From assembly GCF_027921745.1 (NCBI RefSeq), contig NC_079239.1, positions 2,976,001-3,040,000 on the forward strand: a DNA stretch of 64,000 bases. Reading direction: 5' to 3'. How positions within the stretch are numbered: position 1 is the stretch's first letter; every line of letters begins with the position of its first letter. The DNA comes from Schizosaccharomyces osmophilus. Lineage: Eukaryota. Positions 1 through 11,704 of this stretch are shown piece after piece. The notes beneath the pieces are model-generated. The model ran no database searches and was not told where the DNA came from. It saw nothing but the letters and a program-made list of their open reading frames with translations. Made by a program: the position numbers and the translations under genes.

Positions 1-665
1 GGGAAATGATTCTTCCTTTCTGGGAGTAACTACTTGTTAGACTCAAAGCTGTTTGTTTTTTGACAGTGGAGATTCCTTGTGGCTTGGTGTTTGCTTCTCG
101 TGCCTTCTACCTTGTATTTTTTGCTTCTCCGGCTTGATGAAAGTTCTTTATTTGGTTTCATTCTTTGTTGTCTTCGTTCGGTAGACTTTCCATGCATCAG
201 CAAAGTCCTCAAATAGGCTGGTGCGAACCGTTCGTGAACATTTGCTACAGGGAATTGTTGAGTTTTCTCCTTAAGCTAACTGTCATACGGTCTATTCACC
301 TTGAAATCTTGATTTTACTGCTTTTATTTTATTTCTATAGATGGCAACACTAAGTAACGATATAAGTGACATTTATTTTCTTATGGCTTATGATGATATT
401 ATGGAAAAGCCTGTAGCTGTAGCTAAAGGCCTCCAAAATGGAATCCTGATCTTACTTGGTCCTTCATTGCGTATTGTTTACTTTTCCTTCTTCCATATTA
501 AGCTACAAGTTTTGTTTTCATCGTTGCAGAAAAAGGAGGCATTACACATTAGAGGCCGCCTACTACGAATAACCATTTTCTCCACCTTCAAATCCTTATA
601 ATAAATATGAGTCTTTTTCTCTGTGTTTTTTAGACCTTCTCCTTGTTCAAATCACATAGAAACTG

Positions 666-712
666 TTGGTAAATAATCAATAAAAAAATTTTTTTTATTG
701 ATTATTTACCAA
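666..712. repeat. AT-rich perfect inverted repeat (23-bp arms, 1-nt spacer)
   Basis: TTGGTAAATAATCAATAAAAAAA (666-688), T, then TTTTTTTATTGATTATTTACCAA (690-712), the exact reverse complement. Confidence 0.95.
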
Positions 713-884
713 TGCAGTTGCGTTGGATAGCGTTATTAGAGTTTTAGTAAGTACCATGTAGTCTGGAAAGCCTCATTTACTCTCGCAATTTGATGGAGGA
801 TGGAGTGACGATACTGAACGGTAGCATTCACATACCCTTTACCAACAAGAAGCCAAGTGTGTTTTGAAAAATTCGCCGTTCATT

Positions 885-2114
885 ATGGCATCTGCTCCCA
901 TTGTATTAGATAATGGTACTGGATTTGTCAAGGTAAGGCTGATTTCCCAAAGTTGGAGGATATGCTGTGCTGACTGAAGAACAACGTAGGTCGGGTACGC
1001 CAAAGACAACTTTCCGCGTCATCAATTTCCTTCAATTGTAGGTAGACCAATTTTGCGTGCTGAAGAAAAAACAGGAGATATTCAAATTAAAGATGTTATG
1101 GTTGGTGATGAAGCAGAGGCTGTGAGATCACTGCTGCAAGTGAAGTATCCCATGGAAAATGGTATTATCCGTGATTTTGAAGAAATGAATAATTTGTGGG
1201 ATTATACGTTCCATGATAAACTAAAAATTGACACAAGTGGTCAAAAAATTCTGTTAACGGAACCTCCAATGAATCCTGTTGCGAATCGTGAAAAAATGTG
1301 CGAAACCATGTTTGAACGATACAACTTCGGCGGTGTGTATGTTGCCATTCAAGCAGTTTTGTCCCTTTATGCCCAGGGCTTGAGTAGTGGTGTGGTCGTT
1401 GATTCCGGTGACGGTGTCACACACGTTGTTCCTGTCTACGAAAGTGTTGTCCTGAATCACCTTGTTGGTCGTTTGGACGTTGCAGGAAGAGACGCTACTC
1501 GCTACCTTATCAATTTGCTTTTGCGAAAAGGATATGCTTTTAACCGTACCGCGGATTTTGAAACGGTTCGTGAAATGAAAGAAAAACTTTGTTATGTCAG
1601 TTACGATCTCGAGCTTGATCACAAGCTCAGTGAAGAGACCACTGTTTTGATGCGTAACTATACTTTGCCAGATGGACGTGTCATTAAAGTGGGCTCGGAA
1701 CGTTTTGAATGTCCCGAATGCTTATTCCAACCTCATCTTGTTGGTAGCGAACAACCCGGCTTAAGTGAATTTATTTTCGATACGATCCAAGCCGCTGATG
1801 TTGATGTGCGCAAGTATCTGTACCGTGCTATTGTTCTTTCAGGTGGTAGCAGTATGTACGCTGGCTTGCCTTCTCGACTGGAAAAAGAGATTAAGCAGCT
1901 CTGGTTTGATCGTGTGCTTCACGGTGATCCATCTCGTTTGCCAAACTTCAAGGTGAAAATTGAAGATGCTCCTCGCCGTCGCCATGCTGTATTTATCGGT
2001 GGTGCCGTGCTTGCCGATATTATGGCTCAGAATGATCATATGTGGGTTTCAAAACAAGAATGGGAAGAGTATGGTGTCCGTGCTCTTGATAAATTGGGAC
2101 CTCGTACTACTTAA
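885..2114 (+). CDS. arp2: Actin-related protein 2, Arp2/3 complex (exons 885-932, 990-2114)
   Basis: ATG 885 gives [16 protein letters not shown]; intron 933-989 (GTAAGG..CTGAC..TAG); then [10 protein letters not shown] and actin-fold motifs [17 protein letters not shown]. Confidence 0.97.
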
Positions 2115-2589
2115 AATGTGAATTCTAATTATGTATCCTTTTTGCTTTTTTCTGACCTGAGAGAAAACCCTTGTGTCAAAATTGTTTTTACCTGTCTTTT
2201 ACGAATGATGTGTAGTTGCATCTGTCTTTTGCTCTGAGATGAGATCTAAGATCGTTAAAATCTTATCTTTCTATTTCCTGTGTGTAATTCTTCATCGATC
2301 TGACACTAGCGTTTCTTTAGTTTCAAATATTGAGGCGTATATAGATTTAATGACCAGATTACTATTATGATTACAATCTTTACAAACGAAACACCGTGGT
2401 TCGAGCACTGTTGTTGCTGAACAGCAATGCTACAGGCTACTACAAACGTCAAACTAATTCAATTACAACTGTAATACAAATTAATTCAATATGACAAAGG
2501 ATTCGTAAGGAAGAGGATTAAAAATGTATGCAACAATTATCATTAAAAAGAAAAAGAATAGAGCTGAAGAAATAAATAAATAAACAAAC

Positions 2590-2621
2590 AATATCGACAA
2601 AATATCGACAAATATCGACAA
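2590..2621. repeat. Short tandem repeat (AATATCGACA[A]) x3
   Basis: Directly visible between the arp2 and pvg5 3' ends. Confidence 0.8.
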
Positions 2622-2884
2622 AAAAGAATAATAAAAACCATCATATCTCCCTCCAGTCATACCGGAGCTGAGCATAATGAAAGAAACAAGGATAGAAGAA
2701 TAAATCGTAGGAGAAAGAAAGAAAAACGAATGAAAATAATGCGAAAGAACAAAGTGTTTCAAAAAAGCAATCTGTTGAAAGAAAGTGTATGTTGCAAACA
2801 TTCCAGTAAGGAATGTTTTACACCAGATAATCAAGAATTTCTTAATCATCCGGCATTGTATGGTTTGTCGGTCATCTTCATCAA

Positions 2885-4036
2885 CTAATTATCGCCTAAC
2901 CAGTCCTTCACAACCAACATTGCTGAATATAGATCCTTAGCGACTGCTATATTCCCTTTCGAATGAAGACCCTGTAACCAGTCAAGCTCGTATTTGCCAA
3001 ATTCGGACTCATAATCATTTATTATGTACACATGCTTTAAATTTGCATAAGTAGCAAGGAGATGCAATTGAAATTTATCCGTTATAAAGTAAGGGGACTC
3101 ACTTACTAAAAGTTGTGCATAATCAAGCATTTGGGTTGCTTGCTCAACGAGAGTAGTATTGACATTCAAGATTTTCCTGTCCTGTTCGGGACCCCAAAAA
3201 TTAATTGCCCAAGGATACTTGATGGCTCTTGAACCCGCTATAGGCACATTATGATCCCTGGATAAAATAAGATTTACCTTATTTTTCGACCCTTTAGGTT
3301 GGTAGAAATGATTTAGTTGATTTAAATATGTGATGGAAGAATCAGGAGCAAATGTAAAGGTGCCAGCCCCAGAGCGTGCGTATCTAGTGTCTTCGGTAAT
3401 GCGAGACGAGGTCAAATAGGCGTCTGGATGGCCACGGCCACGCATAGCGTGTAATGCGCGCTGCATATTATCATCAACAAAAAAAGGATAATTAACAGGA
3501 AAAGAGCGTAATTTGAACTGACGAATGCTATTGAGGGACGGCTGTGAGGAAGTGACAACGTCTTGTAGGTTGAAAGGAGAACTTTTTATGGGAGCGGCGT
3601 GAAGGACAGCAGCGTACATAGGGTGAAGTTTAGGAAAGGTGGCATTAGCTACTGATTGCTTGAATTTAGAAGAACAGGACTCAAAACGAACGGAAATATT
3701 CCTTTCCTTCAAATACTGCCTTTGGCCCAAGATGGACAAGAAGTTTTCAGAGTCGGCAGTGCATGGCAAATGAACAAGGGCAACATCGCGAATGCCAGCG
3801 AGCTGGCGATCCATGGTGTAATAAAACACCTTTCGGAGATTCTCGAGTTGCTGGTTGTACGCAGAAGAAACGGAATTCGAGCCGGTCGGAAAAGTTAGGG
3901 AAAGCGACGGCGAGGGAAAGGGAAAGATGAAGCTTAAACAGAAGTAGAGGACGACAAGGGAACTTAAAAGAAGGACACGAAACGTCCAATTCCCAAGAGT
4001 TCGAGGTGACGAGAAAAAGCGCGGCCTTTTTATCAT
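2885..4036 (-). CDS. pvg5: Type II Golgi membrane protein, pyruvylated-galactose biosynthesis protein Pvg5-like
   Basis: ATG at 4036 (MIKRPRFF), single N-terminal TM (VLLLSSLVVLYFCLSFIF), long luminal domain; position next to arp2 and pet1 matches recalled S. pombe SPAC22F8.02c. Confidence 0.7.
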   Translation of the reverse strand: MIKRPRFFSSPRTLGNWTFRVLLLSSLVVLYFCLSFIFPFPSPSLSLTFPTGSNSVSSAYNQQLENLRKVFYYTMDRQLAGIRDVALVHLPCTADSENFLSILGQRQYLKERNISVRFESCSSKFKQSVANATFPKLHPMYAAVLHAAPIKSSPFNLQDVVTSSQPSLNSIRQFKLRSFPVNYPFFVDDNMQRALHAMRGRGHPDAYLTSSRITEDTRYARSGAGTFTFAPDSSITYLNQLNHFYQPKGSKNKVNLILSRDHNVPIAGSRAIKYPWAINFWGPEQDRKILNVNTTLVEQATQMLDYAQLLVSESPYFITDKFQLHLLATYANLKHVYIINDYESEFGKYELDWLQGLHSKGNIAVAKDLYSAMLVVKDWLGDN

Positions 4037-5659
4037 ATTTAATGAAACCAGATCGAATAAATTGTAATAGAAAAAGAGAAACCAATCATATAACAAGCAA
4101 GGTCAAAGAGACTCAAAAAAGACGAAACGAGTGTAAAACAGTCAAATATAGAAGATGATAATCATGAAAAAGCTATAGAAAAGAAAGAAAAAAGACGAAA
4201 TTACACCACGCAAATGAACTGAAAAAGGAAAGAGGCAGCAGGCTATGTACAAATCTTTAATGCAAAAATAAAACAAACGATAGACGATTAGCAACCAACA
4301 ATTAGAAAAGAGACAGCGACAATACTGGATATAAAGAGTGTTTTGCGAATGAAACAAAGAGACAGACAAATACTGTAGTTTTCTCAATTAAGGCGCAAGA
4401 AAGGCACGACAACGAAGCCAGCAAGACAATAGGTCAAACGAGAAACAGAAAAGAACAACTTATAGTTCAAAAGTCTATTCTAGATTTCCCAAAATTTCTA
4501 CGTTTCTAATAGTCAGCTAGTAAGCTAGCCAGGAAGGAAGGATGAAATGTATCAAAGTATGCACTCGCACTAGACAATGCCAGATCACTCTACAAAGGAA
4601 AAACGACAAACTACAAATGTCCAACAACGCGCAAAAGAGACGTAAGAAGAGTCGAATCGTTCAAGGAACCTACAACCAACAGAATCAGCGCAACCAAAGA
4701 CGCAACCCAGTTCGTCTTCTGAACCTTTGAAAAAAAAGGGCCAAAGAAAGATGTTACAGGCGAAATAATAAAACAAACAAAAACTAAATAAATAGTTTTT
4801 GCGCTCTATGAAAAGGTGTTGCGGAGGAACGGTCGTTTGGAGTCGAGTTCTCCCTGAAGATATAAGTCTAAAGAAAGGTTAACGTACTTAAACGCAACCA
4901 AGCTTATTAAGTTATTATATATAATAAATTGAATCTGATATAACATTAACGAGGGGATGTGCAACAGAGAAGTTGCAACAAGAAACGACCAAAATCAACA
5001 GGAAACGGTAGCGTTTTTCTTTCTTACTGATTTTATGGGAAAGAAACTTTGCTCATCTCACGGAACGCTCGTTTGGTTTCCAAAACGGTCGCAGTGCCTC
5101 TTCAACATTTCTTCCTCGTACTCCGTGGGGGTTTTCTCCCATTACGGCGCTGCAAGAGCGGCGTGGGGGGCGTGTGTATTCTCGAGCTTGAAGATGCTTG
5201 CATCTATGGTACCTAGTGGGGGTATGCATGGATTCCCTTAGCTAGACAACGAAAAGAATAGTACCTGGATAAGCTTATGTGGGTGAGTGATAACCTTATT
5301 TTTTTGATAAATCAAATCGTTTTCGGTGCGCAGTAATCTTGACATACTCATTCAACATTTGGTGGGCTAATTTGGAAATCTCTTTATTGTTTTTCAATTT
5401 TCTTTGCTACCTATATATTAAATATATATAAATCTATATCGATTGCTTCTTTTCCATCTAGTGCGTCTGCATAGTCCTACTTTCGGTTTTTTCTGGTTTC
5501 TTTTCGAGTCGTTTATGGTTGGAACCAGTTCGTAGCGTCTTTCCTTCTTTTTGATTTCTTCTTTACTTTCTTTATTTGTTGAAAGACATTTACCTTCTCT
5601 TTGAACCTTGATCATCATCAGTATCATACTTGACTTTCCAGTTCGTCCAGCTTCGAAAC

Positions 5660-6766
5660 ATGTCTACTTCTCCCTCGCATAAGGGTTCGTACAGGCCTTT
5701 GGGGGGCCAATATAGTGAAGAGAAAAATGACTTTTCCACTTCTACAACTTCCTTGCCGGACTCATCCTCTACTTGCACAATTCAGTCCTCTTCGCCGAAA
5801 GAAGAATTCAAAGTGATTGATTCCGAATCCCAGGCCCCGTCTTCTCCCTCCTCCAATTCTCCTTCCCGTTTGAAGATCTTCTTTGCCATATCATCTCAAA
5901 TCTTTTTTGCAATCCTCGTCACCATCTTGAATAAGCAAGCCCTCAATGTGGTGCGAGCTCCTCTGTTCATGCTTTCTCTCCAAATGGCCTTCACGGCCAT
6001 GATGGTCAAAAGCTACTGGCGTTTTTCTTCCAATGCCTCGCAAACTCTCGATCTTTCTTCGGTGAAGCAATTGAAAAAGTTCATATTCGTAAAAATCCTG
6101 GGCATCGTATGCAAAACGTACTGTCTCTCATTTGTGCCGGTCTCGTTTTACCAAATATCCCGCGGATTGCTTTTGCCCTTTACGATTTTGCTTTCCTACT
6201 TGCTGCTTCACCAAAAGACACACGCTTTTCCTCTCGTTGGATGCTTTTTTGTCATGCTTGGGTTTGTTTTTGGCGTCCAGTTTGAACAACACGTTCCCGC
6301 CATTGGGATCGTATTGGGCATCTGGAGCTCGTTGACCACGGCCATCGAGTCGGTCGCTGTGAAGCACTACGTTCACGAGTTTCCCACATTTGATCTCATT
6401 TATATATTTGCAACGTATATGTCTGGCTTTTGTTTTTTTCTTTCCGTTTTCTCTCTTGAACTTTACAGCGTCGTTCAAACCGTGAATGGAGCGCAGGTAG
6501 CCAAGTTTTCACTGATCCTCCTTGCATCCTCTTGCTCCAACTTTTATTTAAACATTGCAACCTTTACCCAAATCAAAGTCACCTCTCCCGTTTCGTACAT
6601 GATTTCTGTTGCTACCCGCGGCGTTCTCCAGACGCTTTTTGCTGTCGCCTTTTTACGAGAAACTCTTTACATGAATCGCATTTATGGTGTCGTACTCATT
6701 CTCGGAGGTACCACCCTTTACACGCTTGCAAAGGAACGCGAACGCCGTCTGGCAAACTATATTTGA
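5660..6766 (+). CDS. pet1: Golgi triose-phosphate-transporter family protein (phosphoenolpyruvate transporter Pet1-like)
   Basis: ATG 5660; about 9-10 TM segments with TPT/NST motifs VPVSFYQISRGLLLPFT and QIKVTSPVS; synteny with recalled SPAC22F8.04. Confidence 0.8.
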   Translation: MSTSPSHKGSYRPLGGQYSEEKNDFSTSTTSLPDSSSTCTIQSSSPKEEFKVIDSESQAPSSPSSNSPSRLKIFFAISSQIFFAILVTILNKQALNVVRAPLFMLSLQMAFTAMMVKSYWRFSSNASQTLDLSSVKQLKKFIFVKILGIVCKTYCLSFVPVSFYQISRGLLLPFTILLSYLLLHQKTHAFPLVGCFFVMLGFVFGVQFEQHVPAIGIVLGIWSSLTTAIESVAVKHYVHEFPTFDLIYIFATYMSGFCFFLSVFSLELYSVVQTVNGAQVAKFSLILLASSCSNFYLNIATFTQIKVTSPVSYMISVATRGVLQTLFAVAFLRETLYMNRIYGVVLILGGTTLYTLAKERERRLANYI

Positions 6767-6911
6767 ATCCGGTTTCTTTTTTCCTTTTTTCCTTTTTTCC
6801 TTTTTTTTCTTTTTCTATTATTTTATAATTTTTCTTGTTATTTTCTTGCTATTTTCTTTTTTTCTATCTTGGTTATATTCTTTTTCGATTCTTCTCTCAC
6901 TCTTTCGTATG

Positions 6912-6935
6912 ATTTGCATTTGCATTTGCATTTGC
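6912..6935. repeat. (ATTTGC)4 microsatellite in T-rich pet1 3' region
   Basis: Directly visible. Confidence 0.8.
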
Positions 6936-7484
6936 ACTTTCTGTTTATATTTTTATATTTATCGTTATTTTCCTCTTGATTTAATTTGTTTTGTTTACGA
7001 TTTGACAAAAGCAAGGTTTGTTGACGCTTTTTTTCTTTTTCTTTTTTTCTTTTCTCTTCTTTTCTCTTTTCTTCTCCCTTAATTTCTTTCTTGCTTCATG
7101 CTACATTCTAAACCGTTTCGTTCCTATACAAGAATTGAATTTGCAATTGTCGTATAGAAACTTTACCACACACATACGAATAAAATTCTGCAATAAAATT
7201 CTTTCTTTTTCAGCACAAGGCATATCAAATCTGCCATTCTTTTATTTTCCTTTTATTTTCCTTTATTAAAATCAATTCGTTTTGCAAAGAATTCCTTTTT
7301 GCTCTCTAGTGACCATCATTTTCGCTTTTGTTTACATACGGGTCCAACATGAAATACAACACACGCTTCGTCTGCTTCTTTCCATCTGGTATTTCTCGCT
7401 ATACGCTTTTCCATAGTTCGTGCAACCTCGCTATTTTAGTCGTCATGTTTTCGTCAGTGGCTGCATACAGAAAGTGAGAAACCA

Positions 7485-7519
7485 TGGTTTGTTTAAATCC
7501 AAATCGTGTAAACAAACCA
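7485..7519. promoter_or_regulatory. Inverted pair of forkhead/FLEX-like sites
   Basis: TGGTTTGTTTA (7485-7495) and GTAAACAAACCA (7508-7519); GTAAAYA is the Mei4/forkhead core. Confidence 0.5.
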
Positions 7520-8152
7520 AGTGGAATCCGACGCTTGTTTCAGTACCAAATTCATTCGATTCTTTATTATAAACAAAAGAAACTCGGTTTGTACTGAATA
7601 CCGATTTTTGTGAATCTCATTTAACAAATAACTCTTGTATTCCATTTACGTACCCATACTACCGGTGACGCCATGGACAGCCTTATATTTGTGTGTATCC
7701 CACTACACTCATCTTACCATTTCCCAACATCTATTCGTCGTAGTTTCGAATAAATTTTTTGCGGGCAAACTTTTTATTTGGACAAAATCCATTTACGTTT
7801 TTTATCCCGTTTCTGGCAATTGTGCTCGTTTTCGTTTCACTTTCGACTGGATCCTTGTTTTCTTTCCTTAGTTCCTTGTAGTTTGTTGTTTCATTAATAT
7901 TGAAATTGAACTTTCAAGCGTTAACCAAAAAAGTTGCTAATTGCTACGAGTTTCTTTGACCGATTTCGTAAAGAAACGACAAGATTTTACCCTCGTAGTC
8001 TAATAATAAAGGCTGCAATTGAAAGAATTGTTTGTTAAAGAAGTATAACGTCGAATTTCATGCTAAATTGACTGCTTCTCTTGCTACTATACTTCTTGTC
8101 TGAATTCTCTTCATCTTGATCCACTTTTTGGCTAAATCCATTACGTGTTTGA

Positions 8153-8197
8153 ATTATTATTATTATTATTAATAATTTTTTTTTTTTTTTTTTTTTT
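8153..8197. repeat. (ATT)n microsatellite followed by a long poly-T tract
   Basis: Directly visible about 250 bp upstream of the TPS-family ATG. Confidence 0.85.
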
Positions 8198-8440
8198 GTT
8201 TTGTTTTGTTCTCTCAAAACAAAACGCAGAAAAGGTTTGTTTGCTAGCCTTTTTTTGTACTTTAACTTGTTTTGCTTTTACTTTTTCCTTTAAGAAGAAA
8301 GCTATCTAGCTTAGTTTAGCTAATTATTTAGCTAAGCTATCGATTCCAAAAAGGATTTCACCTCATATTTATTTCGTTTTCCGTTTGTTTACTTACGTTG
8401 TTTTCTTACGAACCTTTACGACATTTTCCAATTTTCCAAC

Positions 8441-11146
8441 ATGGGTAAAAATTTAGTCTGTTCGATTTTTCTTCCCTATACTATAAACTTTCATTTAGAC
8501 GAACTTGAAGATAAAGGTCGCGAAAATCTCCCTGCTTCGTATGAAATTTCCAGAAATAGAAGAAATTCCATTCGCATAGATAATGTTCTTTCCCATCTTG
8601 CTATTTCCCAAAAAGATACTTCCCAAGACACTCCTGTCTTGACCCCCCAGCACGAAAATACGCACGATTACTTTAGTATCGGTTCGCTTCGACGTGGTGG
8701 TAATTCTGGTGTTGGTGCTGGTAGTGGTACAAAGACTCCAAGAACGCCAAATATAGGTACTGGTACACCATTACCTGGTTCTGGTCGTTCTTCCCCTGTT
8801 TATACCCAACCTCGCTCGCGCGCCACCTCTCCGCCGCCCTTCGCCAAGCCAGCTGATCGATTCGGTGCTCCTGGTTTAGGCACGAAACAAAAGTTTTTGA
8901 AAAAACGTCATGAAAGTCTAAACAAAGACGTTGCGCTGTTTGATTCTGCGCGTTGGACAGTAGAGCGTGGAATCAATGGTAATAGTGGCTTATTTAATGC
9001 TGTGGACGCTGCTGTGCGTGATAAAAAGGTGACCAACCACCAATGGGTCGGTCTCTTGGGTATGCCCACAGAGACCCTATCCAAAAAGACAAAAGATGCC
9101 ATTTCTGCAGCCTTGTTAGTCAAACATCAATCGTTGGCTGTATACACACCCGATTCTGATTTTGAAGGTCATTACAATCACTACTGTCGGAAGATTTTAT
9201 GGCCTTCTTTGCATTACCAGCATAATGAAATTTTCTCTTTTTTCCATGAGGAAAGTAACTGGGATGCCTATGTGAAGGTGAATCAAGCTTTTGCTGATAA
9301 AATCATTGAAACTTATCGTCCTGGAGATACCATTTGGGTGAACGATTATCATCTTCTCCTTGTACCTGCAATGGTGCGAGAGAAGTTGGCCAATGCTATA
9401 ATTGGTCTCTTTATTCACGTTTCTTTTCCTTCGTCGGAAGTCTTCCGCTGCTTTGCTCGTAGAAACGAGCTTTTACTTGGCATGCTCGGAGCCAATCTCA
9501 TTGGCTTCCAAACGGAGGAATATAAGCGTCATTTCCTTCAATCTTGCTCCCGCGTTCTGTATGCTGAAGCAACGTTCGGTCGCGTCCTTTTGGAAGATCG
9601 CTATATCGATGTTTACTCCCACCCTGTTAGCGTGGACCCCGAGTCGGTCCAAGCCAATTTGGATAGTGAAGAAACGATTGAAACGATTCAAGTTCTAAAA
9701 AAGAGATATGAAGACCTAAATGTTTTTGTAGGTTGCGACAAAATGGATCCCATCAGAGGAATACGGGAGAAGCTTTTGGCTTTCGAGCAGTTTCTTTATG
9801 ATAACCCTTCATATCAAAAAAATACCATTTTGTTACAGACTTCGACACTTACTGACGAGGCTCGTGAGTATGGAGTAGAAGTTTCGGATATCGTGACCAG
9901 GATTAATTCAACCTTTGGCGATTTTTCTTTGGATCATCTTCCTGTTACTTTTCTTTCAAGCGATTTGTCCTACGCTCAGTATCTGGCTATATTATCCATT
10001 GCTGATGGCTTCATTGTTACTTCCTTGCGTGAAGGAATGAGTCTAACCTGCCATGAGTTTATTCTTACCCAGCAAGAGAAAAAGTCGCTTTTAATTGTTA
10101 GTGAATTCATTGGTTGTTCAGCATTTTTCCGCGAAGGTGCTCTTATCGTAAACCCATGGAGTACTTTAGAGATGAGCCATGCCATGCGAGAGGCTTTAGA
10201 AATGGTTGATGCAAGCAAAAAGAAACGGTACAACTTTTGCAACGATGTTATTCGTAGTCACACGGCCTCCACGTGGGTTGCCGAATTTGAAAACAAATTA
10301 AAAAAGTCGTGGACGTCTCAACAAAAACATGATCTATCCCATATACCGAGATTTACTTTGAACTTTGTCGGCAACCGATATGCCAATGCGAATAAGCGCC
10401 TTTTGTTCTTAAACTTTGATGGACAAGCTGTTTCCTGGGAAGGACGCCACGAGTTTATGGATTATCATTATGGATACATAATCAGTATCTTAACGCGGTT
10501 GGTGAATGACCCCAAAAATGTTGTTTACATGTGCAGCTGTCTAGACCGAGACGAATTAGATTCCTTGTTTGTTAATCTTCCTGGATTGGGTTTGATCGCC
10601 GAAAATGGGTGTTTTGTGAAGCCACACACAGCAAGAGAGGATAATTTACAAAGCTGGATTCGTCTGTTTAAGAAGGATCAGATGGCTTGGCGTGAATCCA
10701 TGCACGATGTTATTCAGTATTACGCTGAAAGAAATCCAGGCTCCAGTTTAATCGATCATGGATACGCAATGGAGTTTAATTATGTCAAAGTTGACAACAA
10801 AGAGAATGGGATGAGAAACGCTCTTGAATTGTGTAGTAGTGTAAATGAAACCGGAAACGCATGCAAAGCGATTCCCATGGAAGGGCATGTTTTGATTGAA
10901 CCAAAGAACATTTCAAAGGCAACAGCAGCAAATTATACCCTGAACAAAATCCTACACAATCCCAATGATTTGGACTTAATTTTGGTAGCTGGAAACAACC
11001 GTACCGATGAAGGTACCTTTGTGTGGGCCAATAGACTACCAATCTTTTCTTTCACGGTTTCTATGAGAGTGGAAAATACCGATGCTCACTCTTATACTGA
11101 TGGAATTCCCAGTTTTTTCAATGTTTTGAACTCATTATGTGATTAA
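8441..11146 (+). CDS. Trehalose-phosphate synthase family protein (GT20 plus degenerate HAD phosphatase domain), probably regulatory
   Basis: WVNDYHLLLVP, GLFIHVSFPSSEVFRC, SLREGMSL motifs; HAD motif reads LNFDG rather than DxDG. Confidence 0.92.
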   Translation: MGKNLVCSIFLPYTINFHLDELEDKGRENLPASYEISRNRRNSIRIDNVLSHLAISQKDTSQDTPVLTPQHENTHDYFSIGSLRRGGNSGVGAGSGTKTPRTPNIGTGTPLPGSGRSSPVYTQPRSRATSPPPFAKPADRFGAPGLGTKQKFLKKRHESLNKDVALFDSARWTVERGINGNSGLFNAVDAAVRDKKVTNHQWVGLLGMPTETLSKKTKDAISAALLVKHQSLAVYTPDSDFEGHYNHYCRKILWPSLHYQHNEIFSFFHEESNWDAYVKVNQAFADKIIETYRPGDTIWVNDYHLLLVPAMVREKLANAIIGLFIHVSFPSSEVFRCFARRNELLLGMLGANLIGFQTEEYKRHFLQSCSRVLYAEATFGRVLLEDRYIDVYSHPVSVDPESVQANLDSEETIETIQVLKKRYEDLNVFVGCDKMDPIRGIREKLLAFEQFLYDNPSYQKNTILLQTSTLTDEAREYGVEVSDIVTRINSTFGDFSLDHLPVTFLSSDLSYAQYLAILSIADGFIVTSLREGMSLTCHEFILTQQEKKSLLIVSEFIGCSAFFREGALIVNPWSTLEMSHAMREALEMVDASKKKRYNFCNDVIRSHTASTWVAEFENKLKKSWTSQQKHDLSHIPRFTLNFVGNRYANANKRLLFLNFDGQAVSWEGRHEFMDYHYGYIISILTRLVNDPKNVVYMCSCLDRDELDSLFVNLPGLGLIAENGCFVKPHTAREDNLQSWIRLFKKDQMAWRESMHDVIQYYAERNPGSSLIDHGYAMEFNYVKVDNKENGMRNALELCSSVNETGNACKAIPMEGHVLIEPKNISKATAANYTLNKILHNPNDLDLILVAGNNRTDEGTFVWANRLPIFSFTVSMRVENTDAHSYTDGIPSFFNVLNSLCD

Positions 11147-11704
11147 TGAACAAAGCTATTATGAAGGCGTTTATGATTTCCGATTCCTGCATTTTTATAT
11201 TGCTATTACTTCTACCATGTCTGTAAAAATATGTTTGATCAAAAAAAAATAGAAAAAATTTATGTACGATAACTTATTGTTGACTTGTGAATAGCCGTTT
11301 TTAATGAACAATATTTCATACTCCTTCACATACATATACATTACACTCTCTTCTCAAACAAATAAAAGAAGGAAACTATTAATGTAAAATAGACGCAAGC
11401 CATCTAATGCCGTGTGGATTTTTAGACACAGAAAAAGTAAAGAAACGTATTACAGCGGTTGTAATGAAAATTCTACTAAAGAGAAGAGCAATTATATGTC
11501 CCACCCTTCCCTGGTGGTATTTGGAATTTCCAGTATATGAAGTAGTAGCATGCAGCTGCTGACTACCATACAACCTTCAACCAAGCAACTCTGTTAATTC
11601 GTAAAGAAACGTTTGAGTAGGCCATTTACGTTAAGAAACAAAGACAAAAAAGCCATTTTAGAGAAGTTTTCACTGGAAACGGTTACATTACGAAGAAGAA
11701 AAAT

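Noticed and set aside
2481..8217. Phe/Lys/Ile-rich short ORFs in intergenic and UTR regions
   Set aside because: Products of low-complexity poly-T/poly-A sequence with no recognisable motifs.
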